A DNA stretch of 64,000 nt from an uncultured Candidatus Rokubacteria bacterium (GCA_963758635.1 CAVWWD010000008.1:736001-800000); one strand, 5' to 3'. Counted from the stretch's first letter, positions 1-10,336 are shown. The notes: generated by a model not told the origin, from the sequence alone. Numbers and translations: made by a program.

Positions 1-1329
1 GAACTCGAGGTCGGCCAGGCCCTCGTCGAGGATCACCTTGGCCATGGCGTTGAAGAGGGTCACGTCGGTGCCCGGACGCTCCTGGATCCAGAGGTCGGCC
101 TGGTCGCACAGCTCGATGCGCTTGGGGTTGATCACGATCAGCTTCGCCCCCGACCGCATGGCCCGCCGGAAGCGGACGGCGATGACGGGATGGTTGGCCG
201 AGGCGTCCGCGCCGACCACCATGAGACAGCCCGCCTCCTCGTAGTCCACGTAGGAATTCGAGGTGGCGCCCGATCCCATCGTGACGAGCATCGCTTCCAC
301 CGACGGCGAGTGGCAGAGGCGGGTGCAGTGGTCGACGTTGTTGGTGCCCATGACCACGCGGGTGAGCTTCTGGATGACGTAGCCGTCCTCGTTGGTGGCC
401 TTGGCCGAGGCGAGGGCGCCGAAGCGTCCGTGGTTGCGCGCCAGCCCCTCCGCCGCCACGTCGAGCGCCTCGTCCCAGGACACCTCGCGCCAGGCCCCGT
501 CGCGCCTGACCATGGGCGCGGTGATGCGGTCGCGCGCGTGCACGAAGCCGGTCCCGAAGCGCCCCTTCACGCAGAGCATCCCCGAGCTCGACAGGTTGGC
601 GGGCGCGTCGTCGGTCATGACGGCCAGGCGGTTGTCCTGCCGGACGTGCACGGTGATCCCGCAGCCCACCCCGCAGTACGGGCACGTCGTGTCCACCGAC
701 CGCACGATCGGCGCGGGCTCCTCCTTCGGGCGGAGCGCGCCCGTCGGGCACGTCGCCACGCACTGCCCGCACGAGGTGCAGATCGAGCTCGACATGAGGC
801 CGTCGGCGAACACGCCGACCCGCGCGTCGTGGCCACGCCCGACGAGGGAGATGGCGCCGATGCGCTGGACCTCGCCACAGGCGACCGTGCAGCGGCCGCA
901 GAGGATGCAGGACTCCCGGTCGAGGACGAAGAACGACTTGGAGGCGTCGACGGGGAACCGGTGATGCGCGGGATGGCTCGGGGTGGTCAGATCGTGGTGG
1001 GTCGCCGTCTCCCCCACCTGGACGAAGCCGTTGCGGCCCTCGCCGGGCGACAGCATCGAGAGCGTCAGGTCGAGGACCTGCCGGCGGAGGCGGACCGCGT
1101 CCGGGTGCTCGGTGCGCACGACCATGCCGTCGCGGGCGGGGAGGTGGCAGGCGGCCGGGAAGCCGCGCTGTCCTTCCACGTGGACCAGGCAGGTGCGGCA
1201 GGCCCCAAGGGGCGGGCGGTCCGGGTCCTTGCAGAGCTGCGGCAGCGCGATCCCGAGCTGGTTGACGGCGTCCAGCACGGTGCCGCCCTGGGCGAGATCG
1301 ATGCTCTGATTGTCGACGGTCAGTCTCAT
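1..1329 (-). CDS. fdhF: Formate dehydrogenase alpha subunit (Mo/W-bisPGD, FdhF/FdsA-like), N-terminal part; runs off the window start
   Basis: Manual translation from ATG 1329 (not in ORF track): 2Fe-2S region (PQLC..GACRTCLV..AAC), CILCGRC and CTSCGQC..CPTGAL ferredoxin motifs, TTCPYCGVGC, LCVKGRFG, NNVDHCTRLCH (Cys, not Sec). Confidence 0.9.
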   Translation of the reverse strand, partial: MRLTVDNQSIDLAQGGTVLDAVNQLGIALPQLCKDPDRPPLGACRTCLVHVEGQRGFPAACHLPARDGMVVRTEHPDAVRLRRQVLDLTLSMLSPGEGRNGFVQVGETATHHDLTTPSHPAHHRFPVDASKSFFVLDRESCILCGRCTVACGEVQRIGAISLVGRGHDARVGVFADGLMSSSICTSCGQCVATCPTGALRPKEEPAPIVRSVDTTCPYCGVGCGITVHVRQDNRLAVMTDDAPANLSSSGMLCVKGRFGTGFVHARDRITAPMVRRDGAWREVSWDEALDVAAEGLARNHGRFGALASAKATNEDGYVIQKLTRVVMGTNNVDHCTRLCHSPSVEAMLVTMGSGATSNSYVDYEEAGCLMVVGADASANHPVIAVRFRRAMRSGAKLIVINPKRIELCDQADLWIQERPGTDVTLFNAMAKVILDEGLADLEF

Positions 1330-1503
1330 TGGCGTTCGTCCTGTGGCCCGGCCGGTCTGCCTTCCCCATCGCCGGGTACGATTTCGGATGATAGCACCCG
1401 GCTCGCCCGAGCCGGCGCCCCGCGCCGCCGACCCCGTCCGCGCCGGGAATCTCCTAGACCGAGACACTGAGCCGATCCGCTCGGATCAGTACGCCTCGCG
1501 TTC

Positions 1504-3646
1504 CTAGGCGCCGACCTCGTCTGAGAACGCGCGGTAGGCGGACAGGAGCGACAGGGGCGCGGCCTGGCCCAGGCCGCACAGGGAGGCGAGCCTCACCACC
1601 TCGGCCAGCTCGGTGACGGCGGAGGCCGACGGGCGCGCGGGGCCGTCCAGCATGTCGCGGAGCCGGGCCGTGCCCTCCCGGCACGGGGTGCACTTCCCGC
1701 ACGACTCGCGCGTGTTGAAGTCGAGCAGGGTGCGGACCACGTCGGGGATCGACACCGTCGCGTCGAGCGCGGCGATCCCGCCCGTGCCGGGGGTGACGAT
1801 GCCGCCGGGCTTGAGCGGCTCGTCGAGCTGGGCCGGCGGCACGAGGATGCCCGACGGGCCACCCACGAGGACGCCCTTGAGCGGCGCCGCGCCCGACATG
1901 CCGCCGCCGATCTCCTCGATGAGGGTGCGGAGCGTGACGCCCAGCTCGGCCTCGACCATGCCCGGCCGCTTCAGCTGCCCGGCGAGGCCGAAGCACTTGG
2001 TGCCGAAGCCCGCGCCGAGTCCCGTCCACCAGTCCGCCCCTTCGCTGACGATCAGCGGCACGGTGAACAGCGTCTCCACGTTGTTGATGACGGTGGGCCG
2101 GCCCCAGAGCCCCGACTCCACGGGGAACGGCGGCTTGGCGCGGGGCATGGCCCGGCGACCCTCGAGCGACTCCATGAGCGCCGTCTCCTCGCCGAGGACG
2201 AAGCCGCCGGCGCCACGGCGCACCTCGACCTCCACGGAGAAGTCGCTGCCGAGCACGTGCCGGCTCACGAGGCCCCAGCTCCGCGCGTCCTCCACGGCGC
2301 GGGTGAGACGCCGCGCCGAGAGGTGCGCCTCGCCGTGGACGTAGAGGTAGATCATGCTGCAGTCCGCGGCGTAGGCGGCGAGGAGCGCGCCTTCGATCAA
2401 CCGATGCGGATCGCCCTCCATCAGGTGGCGGTCCTTGAAGATGCCCGGCTCGCCCTCCTCGGCGTTGACCAGGAGGTACTTCGGCCAGCCCGTCGCGCGC
2501 CGCGCGCCCTCCCACTTGATAGCGGCCTGGAAGTACGCCCCACCGCGCCCGAGGAGCCGGGCCGACTTCACGGTCTCGATCACGGCTTCCGGGCGGCCCT
2601 CGGCGAGGACGCGGGCCAGGGTCGAGTACGCGCCGCGACGGATCGCGTCCGCGGTGTCGCGCGGATCGGTGACGCCGCACCGGTCCAGGAGCACGCGGCG
2701 CTGCGGCGCGAGGAACGCCTGGACGTTCCGCCGGGGTGCCGACGCGGCCCGCGACGACATCGGCGACGAGGGATGCGACGCCGTCGGCGGTCACGCGCGT
2801 GGCGATGGCGAGCGGGCGGCCGGGCGCGGCCACCGTCACGACCGGCGCCGCCCAGCAGAGGCCGCTGCACCCGGTGGCCACCACGTGGGCGCGGAGGCCC
2901 TGGCGTCCCGTCTCCTCCGCGAGCGCGGCAAGCGTGGCCGCGGCGCCCACCGAGAGGCTGCAGCTTCCCACCTCCACGGTCAGGCGCAGCTCCGAGGCGG
3001 GCGGGGCGAGCGCCTGCGCGGCCCGCTGGACGGCCATGAACCAGCGGGCCGGCGCGCTGGTCGCAGCGAGGACCGGGGGCTCGCGGCTGGGTGGAATGGG
3101 CGACGGCGTCGGGGTCGGGAACGTGATAAAGCCCGGAGTCGGCGCCCCCGCCTCGGACACGTGTCCGTCGCCCTCGTGGGGCGCGCGGTCCGGGTGCGGC
3201 AGGGCCTCCAGGACCTGCTCGGGCAGCGGCGTACCGACGCGACCGACGTGGCGTCCGTCGACCTCGACCACGGGCGCCATCGAGCAGTTGAAGGCGCAGT
3301 CGAGCCGCTCGATCGTGACCTCGCCGTCCGGCGTCGTCTCGCCGGCGGTCACCCCGAGGCGACGCTCGAGGTCGGCGAGGAGGCCGAGCGATCCCTGGAT
3401 GCGGCACGGCACGCCGACGCACACGCGCACCACGCGCCGCCCCGGCCGCGCGAGCCGGAACTCCGGGTAGTGGGTGGCCACGCCGTACGCCTCGCTGCGC
3501 GGCACGCGCAGGTGATCGGCGGCGGCGGCGAGGGCCTCGGCGGAGATCCAGCGCTCCTCGTGCTGGATCGCGTGGAGCGCGGGCAGGAGCCACGTGCGCT
3601 CGCGCGGGAAGCGGGCGAGGATCTCGGCCCGGTCCTCGCCGCTCAC
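1504..3646 (-). CDS. Fused NuoE-like 2Fe-2S / thioredoxin-like ferredoxin / NuoF-like NADH-binding subunit of a soluble FDH; one frameshift near 2735
   Basis: ORF 1454..3646 begins NuoE-like (LLPALHAIQ, VCVGVPC, LDCAFNCSMAP), then TGCSGLC; ORF 1504..2760 has NuoF motifs LLGRGGAYF, NAEEGEPGIFKDR, GEETALMESLEG, ESCGKCTPCREG, SLCGLG. Confidence 0.85.
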
Positions 3647-3664
3647 AGGGCGGACGGGACCGTG

Positions 3665-4105
3665 TCAGCTCCCATCGACCCGACCGGGCCGCGAGATCGC
3701 GCTGCCGCACGTGGGCGTCTCCCGGATCGCCACGCGCTCGAGTCGGACGCGGGGGGGAAGAGCCCGCTCGATGGCGTCCCACGCCTCACGCGTCATGGTC
3801 TCGACGGAAGGGCTTCCGGTGAGGAGGACGACCCGGTCCGGGGCCTCGCGCTGCACGGCGGAGATGGCGGGGCCGAGCGGATCGTCGGGGGCGAGGAGCG
3901 TGGCGTGGTCCCACCGGTTCAGGAGCGACTTCCGGACGAGCAAGTCGAGGTCCTCGAAGTCCATCACCATGCCGAGGCGGTCGAGCTCGACGGCGCTCAC
4001 CGTGAGGTCCAGGCGGTAGGTGTGCCCGTGCAGGTACGCGCACCGTCCGGCATGGGCCCGGATGCGATGCGCCGCGTCGAACGTGTAGGTGACCTCGAGC
4101 TCCAT
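3665..4105 (-). CDS. queD: 6-carboxytetrahydropterin synthase (QueD/PTPS family)
   Basis: FDAAH..C..LHGHTY, GMVMDF, WDHATL, IRETP motifs; start chosen at MELEV. Confidence 0.85.
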   Translation of the reverse strand: MELEVTYTFDAAHRIRAHAGRCAYLHGHTYRLDLTVSAVELDRLGMVMDFEDLDLLVRKSLLNRWDHATLLAPDDPLGPAISAVQREAPDRVVLLTGSPSVETMTREAWDAIERALPPRVRLERVAIRETPTCGSAISRPGRVDGS

Positions 4106-4201
4106 GGGACACGAAAAGGGTAGCACGACCGACCGTGGCGCCCGCCCGTTGGGCAGGAACGGCAACGCCTCCGGCCCGATCCCGGGCGCGTCCGGCGCGC
4201 G

Positions 4202-4927
4202 TCACGCGACGCCGGTGTGGATCGTCACGGAGCCCAGCCCGAGCCGGCGGAACTTCACGGCGCGGAGGCCCACGCTCTCCATGAGCCGTCCCAGCTCGGG
4301 CGGGGACAGGAAGCGGTCGACGGACTGGGGCAGGTACGTGTAGGCGTCGCGGTCGCCCGCGACCACCCGGCCGATGGCGGGCACCACGCGGTGGAAGTAC
4401 AGGCGGAAGAGCGGCGCGAACCCGGGCAGCGTGACCTGGGTGATCTCCAGCGCCACCACGCGCCCGCCCGCCCGCGTGACGCGCTTCATCTCGCTGAGCC
4501 CCTGGCGGAGGTCGGCGAGGTTCCGGAGCAGGAACGCGGAGGTCACGCACGCGAAGCTGCGGTCCTCGAAGGGCAGCGCGAGGGCGTCGGCGGCGACCAG
4601 GTGCATGCGCCGCGCTCCTCCGGTGGCGAGGATCTTCTCACGCGCCACCTCGAGCATGCCCAGCGAGAAGTCGGCGCCCACCACGTCGCGGTGCGGATGC
4701 AGCTCCGACAGCTCGATGGCGAGGTCCGCGGTGCCGGTGGCCAGGTCGAGCGCGGGGCCCTCCGGGCTCGCGATGGTCTCCCGCGCGGCGGCCCGGCGCC
4801 AGCCGTGGTGCATGCCGAACGTCATCAGGCCGTTCATCAGGTCGTAGCGGCCGGCGATGCGCGTGAACATCTCGCTCACGAGCCGTCCCTTCTCCGGCCC
4901 GGGGCCGAGCGGGGAGGCGCCGGTCAT
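4202..4927 (-). CDS. ubiE: Demethylmenaquinone methyltransferase (UbiE/MenG)
   Basis: MFTRIAGRYDLMNGLMTFG, LDLATGTAD, AYTYLPQSV; start overlaps the ubiA-like stop. Confidence 0.9.
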   Translation of the reverse strand: MTGASPLGPGPEKGRLVSEMFTRIAGRYDLMNGLMTFGMHHGWRRAAARETIASPEGPALDLATGTADLAIELSELHPHRDVVGADFSLGMLEVAREKILATGGARRMHLVAADALALPFEDRSFACVTSAFLLRNLADLRQGLSEMKRVTRAGGRVVALEITQVTLPGFAPLFRLYFHRVVPAIGRVVAGDRDAYTYLPQSVDRFLSPPELGRLMESVGLRAVKFRRLGLGSVTIHTGVA

Positions 4928-5772
4928 GCCAGGCGGCCGGCGAGCACGGCGGCGAGCAGGATCACCGCGATGTAGCCGTTGACGTTGAAGAACGCCATGT
5001 CCAGGCGCGAGAGGTCGCGCGGCGAGACCAGCGAGTGCTCGTACACGAAGAGCGCGGTCACCGCGGCCACGCCGACCCAGTAGAGGACGCCGAGGCCCAT
5101 CATGGCGCCGAGCGCGGCGAAGGCGGCCACGGTGAGGCCGTGGCACACGCGCGCGGCCAGGAGCGCGGGGGCGATGCCGAACCGCGCGGGGAAGGAGCGC
5201 AGGCCCTCCGCGCGGTCGAACTCCACGTCCTGGCACGCGTAGATCAGGTCGAAGCCGGCGATCCACACGGTGAGCGCGAACCAGAGCACGAACACGGGCG
5301 GATCGAAGGCGCCGCGCACCGCGATCCAGCCGCCCGCCGCGGCGATGCCGTCGGTGAACCCGAGGATCCAGTGCGAGAGCCACGTGAAGCGCTTGGTGTA
5401 CGAGTAGCCCACGAGGAACAGGAGGGCCAGCGGAGAGAGCGCCAGGCAGAGCGGGTTCAGCATCCACGCGGAGACCAGGAGGAGCCCGCCCGAGGCCACG
5501 GCGGCGACGACGAGGACGCCGGGGGCGAGCAGCCCCGCGGGCAGGTGGCGCGAGCGCGTGCGGGGGTTCCGCGCGTCGATCCAGCGGTCGGCGACGCGGT
5601 TGACCGTCATCGCGAGCGTGCGCGCGCCGACCATGGCGAGTGTGATCCAGACGAGCACGCGCGCGCCGGGCCAGCCGTCCGCGGCCAGCACCATCGCCAC
5701 GTAGGCGAAGGGCAGGGCGAAGACGGTGTGCTCGATCTTGATGGCCTGGGCGAAGTGGCGGAGCGTGCTCAC
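4924..5772 (-). CDS. ubiA: UbiA-family polyprenyltransferase (MqnP-like)
   Basis: IKIEHTVFALPFA, NRVADRWIDARNPRT, YSYTKRFT, GFDLIYACQD; multiple TM segments. Confidence 0.9.
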   Translation of the reverse strand: MSTLRHFAQAIKIEHTVFALPFAYVAMVLAADGWPGARVLVWITLAMVGARTLAMTVNRVADRWIDARNPRTRSRHLPAGLLAPGVLVVAAVASGGLLLVSAWMLNPLCLALSPLALLFLVGYSYTKRFTWLSHWILGFTDGIAAAGGWIAVRGAFDPPVFVLWFALTVWIAGFDLIYACQDVEFDRAEGLRSFPARFGIAPALLAARVCHGLTVAAFAALGAMMGLGVLYWVGVAAVTALFVYEHSLVSPRDLSRLDMAFFNVNGYIAVILLAAVLAGRLA

Positions 5773-5779
5773 GCGCCGG

Positions 5780-7234
5780 TCAGAGACCGTACTCCGCCCA
5801 GCGGCGGCTCACGAGGCTCCGGATCTCCTCGGTCATGACGATCTCGTCCGGCCACGGCTGCGTGATGCCGTCCATCGCGCTCTTCTCGGTGGCGTCGATG
5901 CCGAGCTTGCCCCCGAAGCGATGGCGGAGCGCGGCGTGGTCGAGGTCGTCCATGGGCCCGTCGACCAGGACGAGGTCGCGCCGGGGGTCGATGTTGCCGG
6001 TGGCGCGCCACGCCACCTCGGAGAGGTCGTTGACGTTCACGTGCTCGGAGACGACCACGATGGTCTTGGCCAGCATCATGAGCCCGAGGCCCCACAGCGC
6101 GTACATCACCTTGCGCGCGTGCCCGGGGTAGCGCTTGCGGATGGAGACGATGACGAGGTTGTGGAACACGCCCTCCGCCGGCATGTTCATGTCCACGACC
6201 TCGGGCAGCATCGTGCGGATGATGGGCAGGAAGATGCGCTCGGTGGCCTTGCCCAGCCAGTAGTCCTCCTGGGGCGGCCGTCCCACGATGGTGGTGGGAT
6301 AGATCGGGCTCTTCCGATGGGTGAGCGCGGTGAGGTGGAACACCGGGTAGTCGCGGGCGAGCGAGTAGTAGCCGGTGTGGTCGCCGAACGGCCCCTCGAG
6401 CCGCCGCTCCGCGGGATCCACGTAGCCCTCGAGCACGATCTCCGCGTCGGCCGGCACCTCGACGTCCACCGTCCGGCAACGCACCATGGGCACGCCGGCG
6501 CCGCGGAGCCAGCCCGCGAAGACCATCTCGTCGATGCCCGGCGGCAGCGGCGCGGACGCCGCGTAGGTGGTGATGGGATCGCCGCCGAGCGCGATGGCCA
6601 CCTCCATGCGCGCCGCGCCCCGCTCCTCGGCCACGCGCTGGTGCTCGGCCGAGCCCTTGTGCAGCTGCCAGTGCATGCCGAGGGTCCGGTCGTCGTACAC
6701 CTGGAGCCGGTACATCCCCACGTTGCGCGCGCGCGTGGCCGGATCCCGCGTGAACACCATGGGCAGCGTGATGTAGCGTCCGGCGTCGGCGGGCCAGCAC
6801 TGGAGCGCGGGCAGCGCGGCGAGCGAGGGATGGTCCGTGACCACCACCTCCTGGCACGCGCCCCCGCGCACGCGCTTCGGGCCGGCCTTGGCCACGTCGA
6901 AGAGGTCGCCGAGCTTCCTGAGCTTGTCCACGAGCCCGCCGGGCATCCGGAGATCGAGGAGACGCGCCACGCGGGAGGCCAGGTCGTCGAGGCGCTCCAC
7001 GCCGAGGGCCGCGGCCATCCGCTCGGGCGAGCCGAAGGCGTTGATGAGGACGGGCATGGACGAGCCGCGGACGTTCTCGAAGAGGAGCGCCACGTTGGCC
7101 GCCGCCGGCCCCTTGGAGACGCGGTCGGTGATCTCGGTGATCTCGAGGTCCTGCGACACGGGCGCGGTGACGCGGCGAAGCTGGCCGCGCTTCTCGAGGT
7201 GGGAGACGAACTCGCGCAGGTCCGCGAAGGCCAT
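5780..7234 (-). CDS. ubiD: UbiD-family menaquinone biosynthesis decarboxylase (MqnL-like)
   Basis: DLREF, NVGMYRLQ, EGPFGDHTGYY, GRPPQED, GGKLGIDAT; clustered with ubiA/ubiE; TATAAT on minus strand at 7299-7304. Confidence 0.9.
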   Translation of the reverse strand: MAFADLREFVSHLEKRGQLRRVTAPVSQDLEITEITDRVSKGPAAANVALLFENVRGSSMPVLINAFGSPERMAAALGVERLDDLASRVARLLDLRMPGGLVDKLRKLGDLFDVAKAGPKRVRGGACQEVVVTDHPSLAALPALQCWPADAGRYITLPMVFTRDPATRARNVGMYRLQVYDDRTLGMHWQLHKGSAEHQRVAEERGAARMEVAIALGGDPITTYAASAPLPPGIDEMVFAGWLRGAGVPMVRCRTVDVEVPADAEIVLEGYVDPAERRLEGPFGDHTGYYSLARDYPVFHLTALTHRKSPIYPTTIVGRPPQEDYWLGKATERIFLPIIRTMLPEVVDMNMPAEGVFHNLVIVSIRKRYPGHARKVMYALWGLGLMMLAKTIVVVSEHVNVNDLSEVAWRATGNIDPRRDLVLVDGPMDDLDHAALRHRFGGKLGIDATEKSAMDGITQPWPDEIVMTEEIRSLVSRRWAEYGL

Positions 7235-7445
7235 CGCCGCGGCCGCGCTAAGCGCGAACGGAGCGCACGGACGGGGCGAGGGCGCGCGACATGTGCGCAT
7301 TATACGTCAGCCCCCTGAGGCGGCCGCGTCCCGCGCTCGGCCGGCTCACCGTTCGCCCTCCGACCGCGTGGCGCCGTGAACGGGGCCGGTCTGGGACCAT
7401 GGTCTCCCTTGACTTCGCCACACGCGGCCGGTAAGAACTGAGGCC

Positions 7446-7718
7446 GTGACCAAGGCCGAGCTCGTCGCCGCAATGGCCAAGGCTGCCGGCGGCTCGAAGG
7501 TGAGCTCGGAGCGGGCGCTCAACGCCTTCCTGGACGGCGTCTTCGACTCGCTCAAGCGCGGCCGGCGCGTCACCATCGGCGGCTTCGGCACGTTCATGGT
7601 GAGCCGGCGCGCCCAGCGCAACGGCCGCAACCCCCGCACGGGCAAGGCCATCACGATTCCCGCCACGCGCGTGCCCCGATTCAAGCCGAGCCGCACGTTC
7701 AAGGCCGCCGTTCTCTGA
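7446..7718 (+). CDS. hup: HU-family DNA-binding protein
   Basis: MTKAELV, GFGTF, GRNPRTG, VPRFKP; 90 aa; upstream TTGACT-17-TAAGAA. Confidence 0.95.
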   Translation: MTKAELVAAMAKAAGGSKVSSERALNAFLDGVFDSLKRGRRVTIGGFGTFMVSRRAQRNGRNPRTGKAITIPATRVPRFKPSRTFKAAVL

Positions 7719-7768
7719 TCCCGCGCGCCGCCCCTCGCTGAGTTTTCGCGTTCGGGCTCACACTTGCC

Positions 7769-7798
7769 TTGACGCCTCCAGGTGACCCCGCGTAAGAT
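7769..7798 (+). promoter_or_regulatory. Sigma70-type promoter of the tRNA pair
   Basis: TTGACG-N18-TAAGAT, 11 nt upstream of tRNA-Gln. Confidence 0.7.
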
Positions 7799-7809
7799 GG
7801 CGGCGGCGC

Positions 7810-7883
7810 TGGGGGATCGTCTAATGGTAGGACGCCAGGTTCTGGCCCTGGTAATGGGGGTTCGAGCCCTCCTCCCCCAGCCA
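7810..7883 (+). tRNA. tRNA-Gln(CTG)
   Basis: Cloverleaf; anticodon arm CCAGG-TTCTGGC-CCTGG, GGTTCGAG T-arm, encoded CCA. Confidence 0.95.
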
Positions 7884-7911
7884 TTTCCGTCTCTCGCGTA
7901 GCAGCACGGGC

Positions 7912-7984
7912 GGCCCCATCGTCTAGAGGCCTAGGACATGGCCCTCTCAAGGCTAAAACACGGGTTCGAATCCCGTTGGGGCCA
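7912..7984 (+). tRNA. tRNA-Glu(CTC), CCA not encoded
   Basis: GGCCCCA..TGGGGCC acceptor stem, anticodon arm TGGCC-CTCTCAA-GGCTA, GGTTCGAATCC. Confidence 0.95.
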
Positions 7985-8570
7985 CACCCGAATTCCCCCC
8001 GATTCCAGGATCGGGGCGTAGTTCGCCTCGCCGCTGATCTCGCACGTCTTGCCCTTACCGAGCGGCCGGAACACGATCCGCTGACCGTCGAGGAGGCGCA
8101 TCAAGAGCCCGCGCGCCTCTTCCGGCTGCCGCGCGCCGAGTCCGCGCCAGTCGGCCAGCCGTGCCGCGAACTCCGCACGGAGGGCCGGGCCGGAGAGTTG
8201 AGACGCGACGTGATCCCGCGTGTCGGCGTTAGCCACGTCCGCCCGCAGCGTGTCACGCCGCTGTTTGCGTGTCGCCATGGGCTCGGCGATGAGCGTCCAC
8301 GGCGCGCCGCTGACCAACTGGTGCTCAAGCGCAGCGATCTCGCTCTCGACGCGGCGTAGTTCGTCCTTCACGGCCGCGCGCGCTGCCGCCGCCGGCGTCC
8401 GCTCCGCTTCCCACAGCTTGACCGCTTCATCGAGGCAGGCGTCGACTGCGGCGGCGTCGAACACCTGTCGCTCGATCGCGTCGAGGACCATCGCGTCGAC
8501 CGCCTGCATCGGCACCCAGAGTTTGTTGGTGCAGACATCCGCGCCGCGCGTCGCGTGCAGGTGGCAGCGA
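7931..8570 (-). pseudogene. C-terminal relic of a large serine recombinase (Zn-ribbon and coiled coil) reading into tRNA-Glu
   Basis: CHLHATRGADVCTNKLWVPM Zn-ribbon-like segment, coiled coil, 3' end antisense through the tRNA (WPQRDSNP); catalytic domain absent. Confidence 0.7.
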
Positions 8571-8850
8571 GCGCCTTGCGGCGACGGGTCACGAGCGCCG
8601 GTAGGGCGAGGAGGATGCCGTCGAGGTGGTCCACGAACAACATGCTTCGGCAGGCTAGCTCGACCAAGGCCCGCTGCTGGACCGAGGTGGACTCCTCGCC
8701 GCCCAGGTCGGCCAGTAGATCACGGCGCCATTCGAGGAGGGCCCGAGCGGCGTTGGTGCGGCGGTCGAGCACGTCCAGCCCCCGCACCGCCACGCGGCTT
8801 TTCAGGGCCCGCAGGCCCGTGCGGGTACACCGCGCGGTGGTGAGATGCGG
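8570..8850 (-). pseudogene. Truncated phage/island-type hypothetical protein
   Basis: GLRALKSRVAVRGLDVLDRRTNAARALLEWRRDLLADLGG..QQRALVELA resembles small proteins of prophage-like islands; joined abruptly to the recombinase relic. Confidence 0.45.
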
Positions 8851-8997
8851 CTCTCGGCGGGGGGACTTAGAGGCGATCGGGGTAGCACCAAGGGTTGCGG
8901 GAGCGGAGCGCTTCGACGACGTCAAGGCCGGCCTTCATGGCACCTCCGTCGAGAGATTGCCGCATGATAGCATCCTCGCGTAGCGAGAGGAGGACCC

Positions 8998-10188
8998 ATG
9001 GGCAAGGCACTGGACGGGATCCGCGTGCTCGATCTCACGGCGTACGAGGCGGGCCCGAGCTGCACCGAGATGCTCGCGTGGTTCGGCGCCGAGGTCATCA
9101 AGGTCGAACCGCCCACCGGTGAAGTGACGCGCACGATGATGTCCGACCAGCCCAACACGGACTCGTGGTACTTCGTGCTGCTGAACCTCAACAAGAAGAG
9201 CGTCACGGTCAACCTGAAGTCCTCGCCTGGGCGGCAACTGTTCGAGCGGATGGTCGCGACTGCCGACGTCGTCGTCGAGAACCTCGGTCCCGGCGCGATG
9301 GAGCGGCTCGGCCTCGGGTACGCGCGGCTGCGTGAGATCAATCGACGCGTCATCATGGCGTCCATCAAGGGGTTCGGCAGTTCCGGTCCGTATGCGAACT
9401 TCAAAAGCTTCGAGCCCATCGCGCAGGCGATGGGCGGCGCGATCAGCCTCACCGGCTCGCCCGAAACTCCCGTGCGCATCAACGCCGGGGTCGGCGATAC
9501 GAACACGGGCATGCATTGCGCCATCGGTATCCTCGCCGCGATCGTGCAGCGGCAGACGACGGGCGAAGGGCAGCTCGTGGAAGTGGCGCAGCACGATGCA
9601 GTCGTGAACCTCATTCGCATCCGCTTCCGCGACACCCTGGTGACGGGCAAAGCGACGCCGCGCCTCGGCACCAAATCACAGATCACGGCGCCGTCCAACC
9701 TGTATCGCTGCCGGCCGTACGGTCCGAACGACTACGTCTACATCCATTGCGCCACCGCCGAGATGTGGAAGGCGATGGTCGAGGTCCTTGAACGTCCCGA
9801 GCTCGCCGACGATCCGCGCTTCAACGATCGGCGCGGCCGCGTCGCGCATCAGGAAGAGATCGACGCCATGGTCGAGGCGTGGACCGAGAAGCGGACGAAG
9901 CACGAGGCGATGGATATCCTCGGCAAGGTGGGCGTGCCCTGTGGCGCTGTGCTCGACACCGCCGAGCTCCTGACAGATCCGTCGCTCGTGGAACGGCAAA
10001 TGATGGTGCCCATGGACCATCCTGTGCGCGGGCGCGTCACCGTGCCCGGCAACCCGGTGCGCCTCTCCGCGTCGCCGACGACGGTGAAGCCGTCGCCGCT
10101 GCTCGGCGAGCATAACGCGGAGATCTACGGAGCGCTGGGCTGCACGACCGAAGAGCTCAGCGCGCTGAAACGCGACGGCGTGATCTGA
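8998..10188 (+). CDS. CoA-transferase family III (CaiB/BaiF, formyl-CoA transferase-like)
   Basis: LDGIRVLDL, AEVIKVEPP, NLNKKSV, ADVVVENLGPG, GDTNTG, PLLGEHN; RBS GAGGAGG. Confidence 0.92.
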   Translation: MGKALDGIRVLDLTAYEAGPSCTEMLAWFGAEVIKVEPPTGEVTRTMMSDQPNTDSWYFVLLNLNKKSVTVNLKSSPGRQLFERMVATADVVVENLGPGAMERLGLGYARLREINRRVIMASIKGFGSSGPYANFKSFEPIAQAMGGAISLTGSPETPVRINAGVGDTNTGMHCAIGILAAIVQRQTTGEGQLVEVAQHDAVVNLIRIRFRDTLVTGKATPRLGTKSQITAPSNLYRCRPYGPNDYVYIHCATAEMWKAMVEVLERPELADDPRFNDRRGRVAHQEEIDAMVEAWTEKRTKHEAMDILGKVGVPCGAVLDTAELLTDPSLVERQMMVPMDHPVRGRVTVPGNPVRLSASPTTVKPSPLLGEHNAEIYGALGCTTEELSALKRDGVI

Positions 10189-10213
10189 TCCTTTGTTGAC
10201 GCGGGAGATCCCC

Positions 10214-10333
10214 ATGGACTGCTGAAGGTCGACAACGTGGTGCGTTGGTCGATCCCCGTCAACGATTTCGCGGAATCGGAGAAGTTCTTACGGTGAGGTG
10301 CTCGGCCTCACGTTCCGCGGGCTCGGCAACTCG
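10214..10333 (+). pseudogene. 5' fragment of a VOC/glyoxalase-family gene
   Basis: LKVDNVVRWSIPVNDFAESEKF/YGEVLGLTFRG with frameshifts, then truncated. Confidence 0.5.
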
Positions 10334-10336
10334 TGC

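Noticed and set aside
190..1470. Long antisense and alternate-frame ORFs (this one, 5726..7318, 40304..42664, 49423..52119 and many more)
   Set aside because: Shadow ORFs of real genes in high-GC DNA; Arg/Pro/Ala-rich with no motifs.
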